The notes: a model not told the origin generated them from the sequence alone. Shown: positions 41,564-51,339, numbered from the stretch's first letter. The stretch: 64,000 nucleotides of DNA from Clostridia bacterium (GCA_017455905.1 JAFTLQ010000006.1:7033-71032), one strand, 5' to 3'. Numbers and translations: made by a program.

Positions 41564-41603
41564 GTCGACGTAGCTCAGCCGGACAGAGCAACCGCCTCCT
41601 AAG
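41564..41603 (+). pseudogene. 5' half of disrupted host tRNA-Arg(CCT) (attL)
   Basis: gtcgacg-ta-gctc-agccggaca-gagc-a-accgc-ctCCTaa, then an abrupt switch to AT-rich DNA. Confidence 0.92.
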
Positions 41604-41692
41604 GAAACACTCTATCCGTCATATATCACTAAATATGGTATATAATAGAGCAAATATACACCATATATTGTGTTTTGTCAACATAAAAAATC

Positions 41693-41717
41693 AAATCGGT
41701 ATAAAAATCGGTATAAA
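41693..41717 (+). repeat. Tandem AAATCGGTATAAA, putative integrase arm sites of the left end
   Basis: Two copies at 12-bp period; share GGTAT with the right-end repeats at 51495-51537. Confidence 0.6.
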
Positions 41718-41762
41718 TTTTATAATTTTTGTTCCGTTTAATAACTTTCAAAACGTTAAAAT

Positions 41763-41839
41763 CTTTCCGTAGCGTAATCGGATAACGCAATCGCCTCCTA
41801 AGCGATAGACTGTGGGTTCAATTCCCGCCGGAAAGGCCA
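41763..41839 (+). tRNA. Complete island-borne tRNA-Arg(CCT)
   Basis: Acceptor ctttccg/cggaaag, D arm gcgt/acgc, anticodon arm atcgc-ctCCTaa-gcgat, T arm gtggg-ttcaatt-cccgc, G discriminator, CCA. Confidence 0.93.
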
Positions 41840-41840
41840 A

Positions 41841-41930
41841 AAAGAGATTGTTCGCAAGAGCAATCTCTTTATTTTTTTGCTTTCCATAGGAATTACTTTT
41901 CGGAGGCGTTGCGTTTAGCATTGACTTTTT
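41841..41930 (+). repeat. ~90-bp terminator+promoter module, copy 1
   Basis: aaagagattgttcgcaagagcaatctcttt...gcattgactttt; TTGACT(41921)-17-TATAAT; near-identical to 42366. Confidence 0.9.
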
Positions 41931-41972
41931 TATTCTTAACGTGTATAATTGTATTGTAAAGGAGTTGATTCT

Positions 41973-42344
41973 ATGAAAAAAATACAAACTATGAATGGTT
42001 TATTGAAGGATGTTTTTAATTCTCCAAAGAATTTTATTTTATTTCCATTTGCAATTATCGGTTGTGTGTTTATTGTTATTTTCTATGTCTGCTGTCCGTT
42101 TTATATGCTTGCGGAGTTGTTTGTTAATGAGTTACACTCTATAATCAAAGCAGATGGCGAAAATGATTCTAACGGCGCACAAGTAGTAAAAAATCTAATC
42201 GGGTTTGGCTTTGTTGTTATGTTTAACTTTTTGAGAAGTATTCTTGCTATTTTGCTTGCAATAGGTTATTTTATGACATCGGTTGCTTTTACTATATCTT
42301 CTATTGGAAAGTTAAAGAATAATCCATTCGCATACTCTATATAA
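41973..42344 (+). CDS. Hypothetical membrane protein
   Basis: AAGGAG RBS, ATG at 41973; two long hydrophobic segments. Confidence 0.7.
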   Translation: MKKIQTMNGLLKDVFNSPKNFILFPFAIIGCVFIVIFYVCCPFYMLAELFVNELHSIIKADGENDSNGAQVVKNLIGFGFVVMFNFLRSILAILLAIGYFMTSVAFTISSIGKLKNNPFAYSI

Positions 42345-42365
42345 AATACTAATGAAAAAATTACA

Positions 42366-42453
42366 AAGAGATTGTTCGCAAGAGCAATCTCTTTATTTTT
42401 TTGCTTTCCGTTCGAATAACTTTTCGGAGGCGTTGCGTTTTGCATTGACTTTT
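42366..42453 (+). repeat. ~90-bp terminator+promoter module, copy 2
   Basis: Matches 41841; TTGACT(42445)-17-TATAAT(42468). Confidence 0.9.
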
Positions 42454-42477
42454 CCTTTTGAAAGATTTATAATATAG

Positions 42478-42681
42478 GCATACCACATTTCTTTTTCAAT
42501 TGAATAATAAGTATTGCTCGCTTTTTAATGTTTGCTATGAAGGTATAATTTCGGTAGAATTATACCTAATCCGTTTATGATTCCTTTATGGCAAACGTGA
42601 GCGAAAAAAGAAGTGTGGTAGCTTGTGAAAGGGTATAATCTGCGGATGCCGCTTTCGCAAGAGGGCGGCATTCTTATTTTG
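42478..42681 (+). ncRNA. Candidate structured ncRNA (long rod plus terminator)
   Basis: Own promoter; nested helices 42481-96/42605-20, 42515-21/42597-603, 42530-43/42583-96; terminator 42645-42680. Confidence 0.6.
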
Positions 42682-42776
42682 TGCTAATGAACTAAATACG
42701 TGCAATATAAAAGCCGTTGGAAACAAATACTCGTTGTTTTCACGGCTTATTTTGTTTTTTGGGGATAGGAAAAGTT

Positions 42777-43313
42777 ATGGAAACTAAATCGTGTTGCTTT
42801 ATAGGTCATCGAACAATAAGGGATAAAGAAACAATTGAAAAACGATTGATAGAGAAAGTGACAACTCTGATAAAAGAAGGGGTGGACACCTTTTATTTTG
42901 GTAGCCGAAGCCGATTTGATGACTTGGCTTGGGAAGTCGTATCTAAGCTCAAAGAAGAATATCAAGAAATTAAAAGAATCTACGTTCGCTCGTCTTACGC
43001 TTACATAGATGATTCTTACAAGAATTATTTATTGGAATCTTATGAAGATACATATATGCCCGAAGGTGTTGAAAATGCAGGGGCTGCTTCTTATGTAGAA
43101 CGTAATCAAGCTATGATAAATTCAAGTGATGTTTGTGTTTTCTATTATGATGAAAATTATTTGCCGGCACGAAGAAAACAATCAAGACGTGCGCTGTCGG
43201 ATTATCAACCTAAAAGTGGAACAAAAATAGCTTTTGATTACGCTACTAAAAAAGGAAAGAAAATAATAAATATCGCAAAGGAACAAGATGGCAAAGGCGA
43301 AGAAAATAGTTAA
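42777..43313 (+). CDS. SLOG / DUF1273 (YspA-like) family protein
   Basis: SCCFIGHR, FYFG..SRFD, RNQAMIN.SD, SGTKIAFDYA. Confidence 0.8.
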   Translation: METKSCCFIGHRTIRDKETIEKRLIEKVTTLIKEGVDTFYFGSRSRFDDLAWEVVSKLKEEYQEIKRIYVRSSYAYIDDSYKNYLLESYEDTYMPEGVENAGAASYVERNQAMINSSDVCVFYYDENYLPARRKQSRRALSDYQPKSGTKIAFDYATKKGKKIINIAKEQDGKGEENS

Positions 43314-43731
43314 GCACACATTATTATCTCTTGGCGTTGTAGGTATTATAATTTCACTTTTAATAGGCTTGGGATTGCTATTTGATAAGAATAATCCAAC
43401 TTATGAAAGCGTTCCATACACAGTTGAAGAACCGAAAGTATATGTGACCAAATACGGAGATTGTTATCATAGTTATGATTGTTCTTATTTGCACTCATCA
43501 ATGATAGCAAAAGGAAAGGACAAAGCAAGAGAACAAGGATATAGGGCTTGTAGCAAATGTAACGGCGTTGCAAATGGACTGATAGAGGTAACGTACTATA
43601 AACAAGTCAAAAAGGATATGACCAATGACATCATATCAAGTTCGATTATTTGGGGTGTGATTATAGGTGGAATCACATATACTTTTATCTATAAAAAAAT
43701 TGCACATAATAAGAACGTAAGAGTCGGATAG
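43288..43731 (+). CDS. Membrane protein with small Cys/His metal-binding (Ada-like) domain
   Basis: VYVTKYGDCYH..DC..L...GYRACSKC between two TM helices. Confidence 0.7.
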   Translation: MAKAKKIVKHTLLSLGVVGIIISLLIGLGLLFDKNNPTYESVPYTVEEPKVYVTKYGDCYHSYDCSYLHSSMIAKGKDKAREQGYRACSKCNGVANGLIEVTYYKQVKKDMTNDIISSSIIWGVIIGGITYTFIYKKIAHNKNVRVG

Positions 43732-43874
43732 GGATATTTCGGCTCTTTTTATTTGTAAACTTTTTTCAATAGGGTTCAAATGTCCCAACTTTTACCCATT
43801 TGACGGTTTACTTTACCCACGATAAGTGTTATAATTATATTATGGATTATTATAACAATGAAAGGAGTTAACTT

Positions 43875-44861
43875 ATGTTCTCTCAAAATGCAACCCGTAT
43901 AAAACTTTTGAAGATATGGGAAATTCTATGCCAAGAAACCGATGAAGAGCATCCAATGGAGTCATTGACTTTAATTGAGAAACTTGCTGAAATGGGTATT
44001 CCCTGCACGAGAAAAACTCTTTATACAGATATACAAATTCTTAATGATTGTGGTTACGAGATTATCTGCTCTCGAAAAAAGAAGAACGAATACTACGTTA
44101 TTGATAGAAGTTTTGATTTGCCTGAGTTACATATACTCTTGGATGCCGTACAAGCGGCAAGCTTCATTACGCCTAAAAAGACAAAAGAATTTGTAAACAA
44201 GATAGCGGCTTTAGCAGGTAGTAGAAGTGGCGAAGTTATAAAAAGGAATATCGTTGCTTTTAATACGACGAAGAATACCAATGAAGCCATCTATTATTCT
44301 ATAAATGAAATAGCAACAGCGATAAACAAAAAGAAAAAAATAGAATTTGTTTACTTTGATTATGATGCCGATTACAAGAAGGTTTATAGAAAAGATGGGG
44401 CTAAATATGTTGTAAATCCTTATGCTACAATCTTTTCAGACGATAACTACTATTTGCTCGGATATAACGACAAATATAAAACAATTACACACTATCGTGT
44501 AGATAGAATGGAACACGTAAAGATGATTGAAGATGAATTAGTTCCCTTGTCTGACGATAAAGTATTTGACGTTAGAAAACATAAGAAAGAGTTGTTTGGA
44601 ATGTTTACGGGCAACGAGGAAAAGGTTTCTTTCGTTATAGATGGCAATATGTTGGATGTTGTATTTAGTAAGTTCGGTAGTGATATTAAATTGAAGAAGA
44701 TTGATGATGGTCATTATTCTTTTACAGCCGAAGTCCAAATAAGCCCGATATTCTTTGGGTGGTGTTGTGCTTTTGGCGAAAGGCTGAAAGTTGTAGCACC
44801 GGATAGCGTAATTGAAAAGATAAAAGAACACGTAAAAACGATAACAAATATGTATGAGTAA
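43875..44861 (+). CDS. WYL-domain transcriptional regulator (paralog 1)
   Basis: N-terminal wHTH (RKTLYTDI), VNPYA...NYYL...HYRVDRM, WCX-like tail. Confidence 0.9.
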   Translation: MFSQNATRIKLLKIWEILCQETDEEHPMESLTLIEKLAEMGIPCTRKTLYTDIQILNDCGYEIICSRKKKNEYYVIDRSFDLPELHILLDAVQAASFITPKKTKEFVNKIAALAGSRSGEVIKRNIVAFNTTKNTNEAIYYSINEIATAINKKKKIEFVYFDYDADYKKVYRKDGAKYVVNPYATIFSDDNYYLLGYNDKYKTITHYRVDRMEHVKMIEDELVPLSDDKVFDVRKHKKELFGMFTGNEEKVSFVIDGNMLDVVFSKFGSDIKLKKIDDGHYSFTAEVQISPIFFGWCCAFGERLKVVAPDSVIEKIKEHVKTITNMYE

Positions 44862-44881
44862 ATATCGGAGGAAAACTTGTT

Positions 44882-45547
44882 ATGATGATATGCCCTTTGA
44901 GTGTATTTGAAGAATTAAAGGATAAGCCCGAAAAGGAAATAAGGACGGCTATTCGTGGCTATAAGAATCAAATAGGACGATTAAAAAAGATACTTGAAAA
45001 TCCCGATTTTGAAGAGAATATGTGTCCTTCTCACGACTTACAACTGCAAATGAATAGAGAGTATTTGCAAAACGCAATTATGGCTCTGATAAGTGCAGGA
45101 TTTGAATATCAACCAAGCAAAAGCGAAGAAAAGTCAGACTTGTTTAACGAACGTTTGGAAGATTTAATGCAAATTGAATTTAACGTGGGTGGTTTTTTCA
45201 GTACACACGAAAGATACATTATTAAATTCGACGAAACGGACGAAGCGTTGTTCACGTATGACGTTGGTTTAGGTTATGATAGCGAAGTTGTTAGAAAAAC
45301 CATTTCAAAGCAAGAGTGCATTAAAGAATTAAAAGACTTGTATATGGGCGAGTGGAAACGCAAGTATTGGGCAGATGTGTTAGACGGAATACAATGGGAA
45401 GTTAAGTTATGGTTCTACCACAATAATCAAAAGACTTTCTATGGTAGCAACGCTTTCCCTTTTAGCTATGAGAAATTGAAAGAACTTTGTGAAATGTGGT
45501 GTCTTGATATTGAAGCAGAAATAAACGATGGAGAGGTAAAAAAATGA
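44882..45547 (+). CDS. Hypothetical protein
   Basis: GGAGG RBS; continuous operon-like spacing. Confidence 0.7.
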   Translation: MMICPLSVFEELKDKPEKEIRTAIRGYKNQIGRLKKILENPDFEENMCPSHDLQLQMNREYLQNAIMALISAGFEYQPSKSEEKSDLFNERLEDLMQIEFNVGGFFSTHERYIIKFDETDEALFTYDVGLGYDSEVVRKTISKQECIKELKDLYMGEWKRKYWADVLDGIQWEVKLWFYHNNQKTFYGSNAFPFSYEKLKELCEMWCLDIEAEINDGEVKK

Positions 45548-45930
45548 TTATAAAAAGAGAGTATGTAAGATTTATTGACTTGATAAATAGCGATAAAAAA
45601 GCAAAAGAAGTCTTTATAAAAGCTTTTGAAAGCTCCTATAAAGGCGAAACAAAAGAAAGAAAAGAAGAAATCTTTGGTATGTTGTCAACACAATGTTTGT
45701 ACCAAAGAGATATGGGTTGGTGTTTCAAAAATATAGGTGATTTGATTCAAGGATTTGAAAAATTAGATATAGAAGAACCATATAATAACGGAATGACATT
45801 TTCCAATGTAAACAAGGTAGAAATCGTTGAACGTGAAGATGATAGACTTGTTTTACACTTAATAAATATCTTTGATGGCGAAGAACGTATTGTTGCTATC
45901 AAAGAATTAGAAGCCGAAATTAACGAATAA
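45544..45930 (+). CDS. Hypothetical protein
   Basis: ATGA overlap with the previous gene; GAGG RBS. Confidence 0.65.
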   Translation: MIIKREYVRFIDLINSDKKAKEVFIKAFESSYKGETKERKEEIFGMLSTQCLYQRDMGWCFKNIGDLIQGFEKLDIEEPYNNGMTFSNVNKVEIVEREDDRLVLHLINIFDGEERIVAIKELEAEINE

Positions 45931-46022
45931 ATGCGAGATAAAATTTAGTTGCGACTATATTTTGTCTTGAAAAATTCATTTATATATGATACAATATAGG
46001 CATAACTTAAACGAGGTGTGTT

Positions 46023-46226
46023 ATGGTTAGTTATAAAAAGCTATGGAAACTTCTCATTGATAAGGAACTGTCTAAAAAAGAACTCGCTGAAAAAGCCGGT
46101 TTGAGTACGTACACTCTAACCAAGATGAACAAAGGCGATTCAGTCAAGTCTGATACGTTGGTTAAGATTTGTAAGGCTCTTAATTGCACGTTTGACGACA
46201 TTATGGAAATAGTTGAAGGAGAATAA
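46023..46226 (+). CDS. Cro/C1-type HTH regulator
   Basis: SYKKLWKLLIDK...LVKICKALNC..DIME; precedes hsdM. Confidence 0.9.
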   Translation: MVSYKKLWKLLIDKELSKKELAEKAGLSTYTLTKMNKGDSVKSDTLVKICKALNCTFDDIMEIVEGE

Positions 46227-46228
46227 CA

Positions 46229-47338
46229 ATGGCAAAGGCACAAAAGCAAGAAAAGACTATGGAAGCGGCTCTTTGGGAAGCGGCTAATAAATTACGTGGC
46301 GCAGTAGAACCTGCGGAATACAAGCACGTTGTTCTCAGCTTAATCTTCTTGAAATATGCAAGTGATAAGTTTGAAGAACGCAGACAAGAAATTATAGACG
46401 AAGGACACGGCGATTTTGTAGATAACGTTGCTTTCTACACGATGAAGAGTGTTTTCTATTTGCCGCCTGAATCTCGTTGGTCTTATATTATGGAACAGTC
46501 AAAGCAAAGCGATATTGCTTTGAAGATAGATACTGCTCTTTATACCATTGAAAAGAACAATGAATCTTTGAAAGGTGCTTTGCCGGATAACTATTATTCT
46601 CGTCTTGGACTTGATACGTCTAAACTCTCTTCTTTGCTCGATGAAATCAATAAGATTGAAATGGCAAAGGATAAAGAACAAGATATTATGGGTAGGGTGT
46701 ATGAATACTTCCTTTCTAACTTTGCTCTTCAAGAAGGTAAAGGTAAGGGAGAGTTCTATACTCCGAAATGTATCGTTAATTTGATTGCAGAACTTATCGA
46801 ACCTTATAAGGGAAAGATTTATGACCCTTGTTGTGGTTCGGGTGGTATGTTCGTTCAATCTATGAAGTTCGTACAAGCTCATAACGGAAACACTCGTGAA
46901 ATCGCTGTTTTCGGACAAGAAGCAACCAACACAACCTTGAAACTTGCTCGAATGAACTTGGCTATTCGTGGCATCAATGGAAATCTTGGTAAGAAAGCTG
47001 TAAGTACGTTTATGATACCGATAGAACTTACCGCAGACGCAATTGAACACTTGGGTAGCGACTTCTATCATATAAGACACATTTTTAACGCATTGAGAGA
47101 ACACAAAGAATTGCTTGAGCAACCTGACTATAAACGTCTGTATGACGAAGCTCAAGACTTCCTTTTCAGACACGCAGTTGAGTTTTCCGGTTGGAACAAA
47201 GACAGACGTGAATGGGGATATGATTGGATTGAATTTCTTGCCGATCTTAACAATTCCCACGATGATAATAATGAAAAATACTCCATAGAAACTGTGGATT
47301 CTTTTCTTGCGGAAAGAAGAAAAATTTGGAACTCATAA
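46229..47338 (+). pseudogene. hsdM: Truncated type I R-M methyltransferase (HsdM N-terminal ~260 aa) fused to an unrelated tail
   Basis: LWEAANKLRG, GEFYTP, YDPCCGSGGMF present; similarity ends near 47011 before the catalytic NPPF/Y motif; no hsdS or hsdR. Confidence 0.85.
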
Positions 47339-47467
47339 GAGACCTCTTTTTAGTGTGGTCTCTTATTTTTATTTTCGATTGAGAAGTACAAACTTTTGTA
47401 CTTGTGGTTGTTTACTTTTTCTACAATATATGATATAATATAAGATATTATGGGGAGGTGTAACTAT

Positions 47468-48469
47468 ATGGAATCCCAAAACAACGTAAGAATCAAAATG
47501 TTAAAGATATGGGAACTTCTCTGTCAAGAGACAGACGAAGATCATCCGATGGACACAATCACAATACTCGCTAAATTGAAGGAAATGGGGATCGTTTGCG
47601 ACAGACGTACCCTATATAATGACATAAAGATCCTGAATGACTGTGGTTATGAAATAATCTGCCGCCGTTCTCGGAATAACGAATATTTTGTTATTGACCG
47701 TAGCTTTGATTTGCCCGAATTACATATTCTTCTCGATGCTATTCAGGCAGCCGGATTTATTACAAAATCCAAAAGCAAGGTGCTGATAGATAAGGTTGCA
47801 AGTCTCGCAGGAAGTCGTAAAGGCGAAGTTCTCAAGAGAAACATTGTTGCCTTCAATACGACAAAGAACACCAATGAGGCAATTTACTATTCTATCAACG
47901 AGATTATTGAAGCTATCAAGCAACAGAAAAAGATAGCGTTCCTCTACTTCGATTATGACCATAAGCACAATAGAGTTTATCGCAAAGACGGGCACCATTA
48001 TGTAGTGAATCCTTTTGCAACGGTGTTCTCTAACGATAACTACTATCTTGTGTGTTATAACGACGTACACCGAACTATCACTCATTATCGTATTGACAGA
48101 ATGGATAAGGTTATAATCTTGCCTGATAAGCCCATTTCACCTTTGCCTGAAGGTCAAACTTTTAGCATTTCAAGACACAAGAAACAAGTCTTTGGAATGT
48201 ACACCGGAAACGAGGTTGAGGTCACATTTGTCATAGATAAAGAACTGATCGACGTTGTGTTTGAAAAGTTTGGAGAAAAGACAAAAATAATGCCCTACGG
48301 AGACGATAAATACCTGTTCAAAGCTGAAGTCCAAGTAAGCCCTGTATTTCTCGGTTGGGTATGTGCTTTTGGAAAGCGTTTGAAGGTAACTTCGCCCCAA
48401 AGCGTAGTTGATAGCATCCAAGCACATTTGGAAGAATTGAGACAAAATTACGAAACCAAAGGAGAATGA
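47468..48469 (+). CDS. WYL-domain transcriptional regulator (paralog 2)
   Basis: Colinear with 43875, with long identical blocks (VIDRSFDLPELHILLDA; KRNIVAFNTTKNTNEAIYYSINEI). Confidence 0.9.
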   Translation: MESQNNVRIKMLKIWELLCQETDEDHPMDTITILAKLKEMGIVCDRRTLYNDIKILNDCGYEIICRRSRNNEYFVIDRSFDLPELHILLDAIQAAGFITKSKSKVLIDKVASLAGSRKGEVLKRNIVAFNTTKNTNEAIYYSINEIIEAIKQQKKIAFLYFDYDHKHNRVYRKDGHHYVVNPFATVFSNDNYYLVCYNDVHRTITHYRIDRMDKVIILPDKPISPLPEGQTFSISRHKKQVFGMYTGNEVEVTFVIDKELIDVVFEKFGEKTKIMPYGDDKYLFKAEVQVSPVFLGWVCAFGKRLKVTSPQSVVDSIQAHLEELRQNYETKGE

Positions 48470-49131
48470 AAATGCCAAGAACTATTACTGTAAAAGGTGT
48501 AGGTGCAGTATCCGCCAAGCCTGATTTAATCGTTATTACAATGACTCTCGAAAACAAAGATATGGATTACGAAACTTCGGTTGATATGTCTGCAAAACAG
48601 ATTCAAGAACTTTGCTCTGCGCTTGTTCAAATTGGATTTGAACAGATAGATTTGAAGACAACGAGTTTCAACGTAAGCACCTCGTATGATAATGTGAAGG
48701 ATCGCAATGGCAATTACAAGAGAGTCTTCGATGGGTACGAATGTACACACCGTCTGAAGTTGGAATTTGACTTGGATATTTCCTTGCTTGGAAAGGTACT
48801 CGCAGCTATCGCTTCTTGCTCTGCTAACCCTGAACTTTCTATCGGATTTACTGTTAAAGAACCCTCTGCGGTAAGTGCCGAATTACTTAAGTCTGCTACT
48901 GCAAATGCAAAAGCAAAAGCAGAGATTCTTTGCGAGGCTTCGGGGGTAAAATTGGGCTCTTTGCTAACTATTGATTACAATTGGGGTGAACTCAATGTGT
49001 ATTCCACTACAAGATACGAAATGGAAGAAAAGTGTATGGCAATGCCTTGTGGCGGAATTGCCGATATGAATTTTGAACCTGACGATATAGACGTAAGTGA
49101 TACGGTAACATTCGTTTGGGAGATTGCATAA
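48466..49131 (+). CDS. SIMPL domain (DUF541) protein
   Basis: TITVKG.G.VSAKPD...A.ANAKAKAEIL..ASGVKLG...VTFVWEI. Confidence 0.85.
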   Translation: MKMPRTITVKGVGAVSAKPDLIVITMTLENKDMDYETSVDMSAKQIQELCSALVQIGFEQIDLKTTSFNVSTSYDNVKDRNGNYKRVFDGYECTHRLKLEFDLDISLLGKVLAAIASCSANPELSIGFTVKEPSAVSAELLKSATANAKAKAEILCEASGVKLGSLLTIDYNWGELNVYSTTRYEMEEKCMAMPCGGIADMNFEPDDIDVSDTVTFVWEIA

Positions 49132-49142
49132 GGAGGAGTTCA

Positions 49143-49769
49143 ATGGGAGTAACGCGAGAAACATTAGAAAACGGAAATGTATTAAAAGCACTTACTGCTT
49201 CTCCAACGCTGATTCAAGCATTGAAGGAGTACCGCATTTGGTGGGATGTTCGGAGAGAAACTTATGGTGATTATCTACAGGAAACGGATAAAATTTTCAC
49301 TCAAAACAACGGCAAAAACATTCACCCAAGCACGCTTTATGAATGGAACAAAAGAATCCTTAAAGCCGCCGGAATCGAGCATTATTCATTGCACAGTATT
49401 CGACACACGAATATCACTATGCAGATTGCCGCAGGAGTTCCTATTGTAACGGTATCTGCTCGTGCAGGACACGCTCGTGCAAGCACTACAACCGACACCT
49501 ATGCTCACTTCATTCGCAGTAGCGACGTCGCCGCAGCCGAAACGATAGATCACCTTTTCGATAACGGAGACCAACCCGATACCACCACAATAACGGAACC
49601 TCCCAAAAAGAAGGTTGAGCTCGTTCAATCCTTCAGAAAAGCGAAAGCTGAAATGGAGCGTTTAGGGATTGAAACCTATGACGAATATCTTGAATATTTG
49701 GAGTTCGTAGAAGCTACCAAAAGCAGAGGTAGTGGTCAGGGTGCAGACGGTGATACCGAGATGGACTGA
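49143..49769 (+). pseudogene. C-terminal fragment of a tyrosine recombinase/integrase
   Basis: HSIRHT (HxxR), AGH, DTYAH (catalytic Tyr); arm-binding, core-binding and first Arg regions absent. Confidence 0.85.
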
Positions 49770-49961
49770 ACCCATCAAAAAAAGAATGCACTCTTTGAAA
49801 AAAGGGTGCATTTTCTATTCAAATACGGTGCATAAATAATCGCATACGCATTGACAATTTGTTGATTTTATGGTATAATATTTATGCTGAAATTGGAATA
49901 GGAATTTAATATAGCATTCCAACGAGACGAACCTTTATTACAAGTGTGAATGGCACGATTT

Positions 49962-50005
49962 TGTACACCCGTGTACACCCTATTTTGTACACCCTTTGTA
50001 CACCC
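49962..50005 (+). repeat. Four direct TGTACACCC repeats, putative integrase arm sites
   Basis: Copies at 49962, 49972, 49986, 49997; 126 nt before a CTCCTAAG core. Confidence 0.85.
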
Positions 50006-50131
50006 GAAAGGCAAAAAGCAGGGCGAAAGTTACTTCAAATCACGCACAAAACGAAAGATATTTGACGAAAAATACGCCAAAAACCGCCTAAAATAAGCCA
50101 TTTTGAAGATAGACTCAAACACTTGAATAAA

Positions 50132-50175
50132 CTCCTAAGTTTCTGTTGTGAGTTCGATTCTCGCCGGGGAGGCCA
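50132..50175 (+). pseudogene. Orphan 3' half of a third tRNA-Arg(CCT)
   Basis: ctCCTaa-gtttc-tgtt-gtgag-ttcgatt-ctcgc-cggggag-g-cca, followed by terminator aagaccgc...gcggtctt. Confidence 0.85.
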
Positions 50176-50262
50176 TAAGACCGCTTTAATGCGGTCTTTT
50201 TCTTTTTTGTCACCAACAAAAAAGTTGGCTAAGATCACCTTAGCCAACTGTCACCTTGTTTA

Positions 50263-51339
50263 TTATGTTTTTTCGATTAAAAGCTCTCTCACCGCATTTA
50301 TTTCGGAATCTGCAAGCCCCAATGAACGCAAAAAATTTTCTGTTGCTGTTTGGTAGCTGTCACCGTAGGTAAGCAACTTCTCACAAAATTTACCCATAGC
50401 AATATAGTTCACATTATCATTCTGTTGTACGTATGCGCGAGATCGCTTACCTTGCGGCGAAAACGTGGTCATTTCATAACAATGCATAGCATCGGCAAAT
50501 CCAACGCCCAGCAGACAATGTAGCAGGAAAACGATCGTACCGGTTCTATCCGCGCCTGCGTTACAGTGCAAATACACAGGATAGTTTTCCGCTTTCCCAA
50601 GCACGCGGAATATATCGGGAATGTTTTTATTGCGCTCATCATTCGAAAAAATATTGTCATAAGTCGGCATCGGAAGCTTATAATACGGCAGCGAAGCGTC
50701 TAATTCATTCGCCGTTTGAACTGGTTTTTCCCCACTTTCCGTATAATAGCAATCGTCATCGCCCGTGACGCGGAGATCTATTTCCGAGCGGATTCCAAGC
50801 TCCTTTACCATGATCTTACGAACGCCGTCTGTCATGCGATACGTATTGTTCCAGCGATTGTTCAAATGCGTACCACGGTAAAACATACCGTATTTCACTT
50901 TGCCGCACGGTGTACTATAACCGCCTGCGTCTCTTACGTTTCTGGGTCCAAATCCCTCATCATCCATACACCTTAGCGGACGGACGATGCAGTTTTCAGT
51001 AACAAAGCTTATCCTCTCCGAACAAGCCTCTCCGTTTGTGGAAAACACCTGCGCGTAATATTTCGTATCAGGCAGCAGCGTAGCGAGATTGACCTTGTTG
51101 TCCTTAATAACCCGCTCCGCATACGGAGTAAGTGTTTCCAGCTTTGAAAAACGCAAGATACAGCCGTCTGCATCTCCTTCAAGATACAAATATGATTCCT
51201 GCTTATCCGCATCGCCTGACGGCGTGTTTTTCACCATTTCTGCGCTCACCTCAAAATCCATTTCAAGATATGCGCGAAGGGTGGGATGCAGGAGCGTCAC
51301 CACACTATCGATAGGTTTAAACACAATGCTATATGCCAC
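50263..51339 (-). CDS. Protein-tyrosine phosphatase-like protein
   Basis: NVRDAGG, EIDLR, P-loop HCNAGADRTG. Confidence 0.88.
   Translation of the reverse strand: MAYSIVFKPIDSVVTLLHPTLRAYLEMDFEVSAEMVKNTPSGDADKQESYLYLEGDADGCILRFSKLETLTPYAERVIKDNKVNLATLLPDTKYYAQVFSTNGEACSERISFVTENCIVRPLRCMDDEGFGPRNVRDAGGYSTPCGKVKYGMFYRGTHLNNRWNNTYRMTDGVRKIMVKELGIRSEIDLRVTGDDDCYYTESGEKPVQTANELDASLPYYKLPMPTYDNIFSNDERNKNIPDIFRVLGKAENYPVYLHCNAGADRTGTIVFLLHCLLGVGFADAMHCYEMTTFSPQGKRSRAYVQQNDNVNYIAMGKFCEKLLTYGDSYQTATENFLRSLGLADSEINAVRELLIEKT

Noticed and set aside
49962-50005. Plasmid iterons or replication origin
   Set aside because: No rep gene; position between an integrase and an att core fits arm-type sites better
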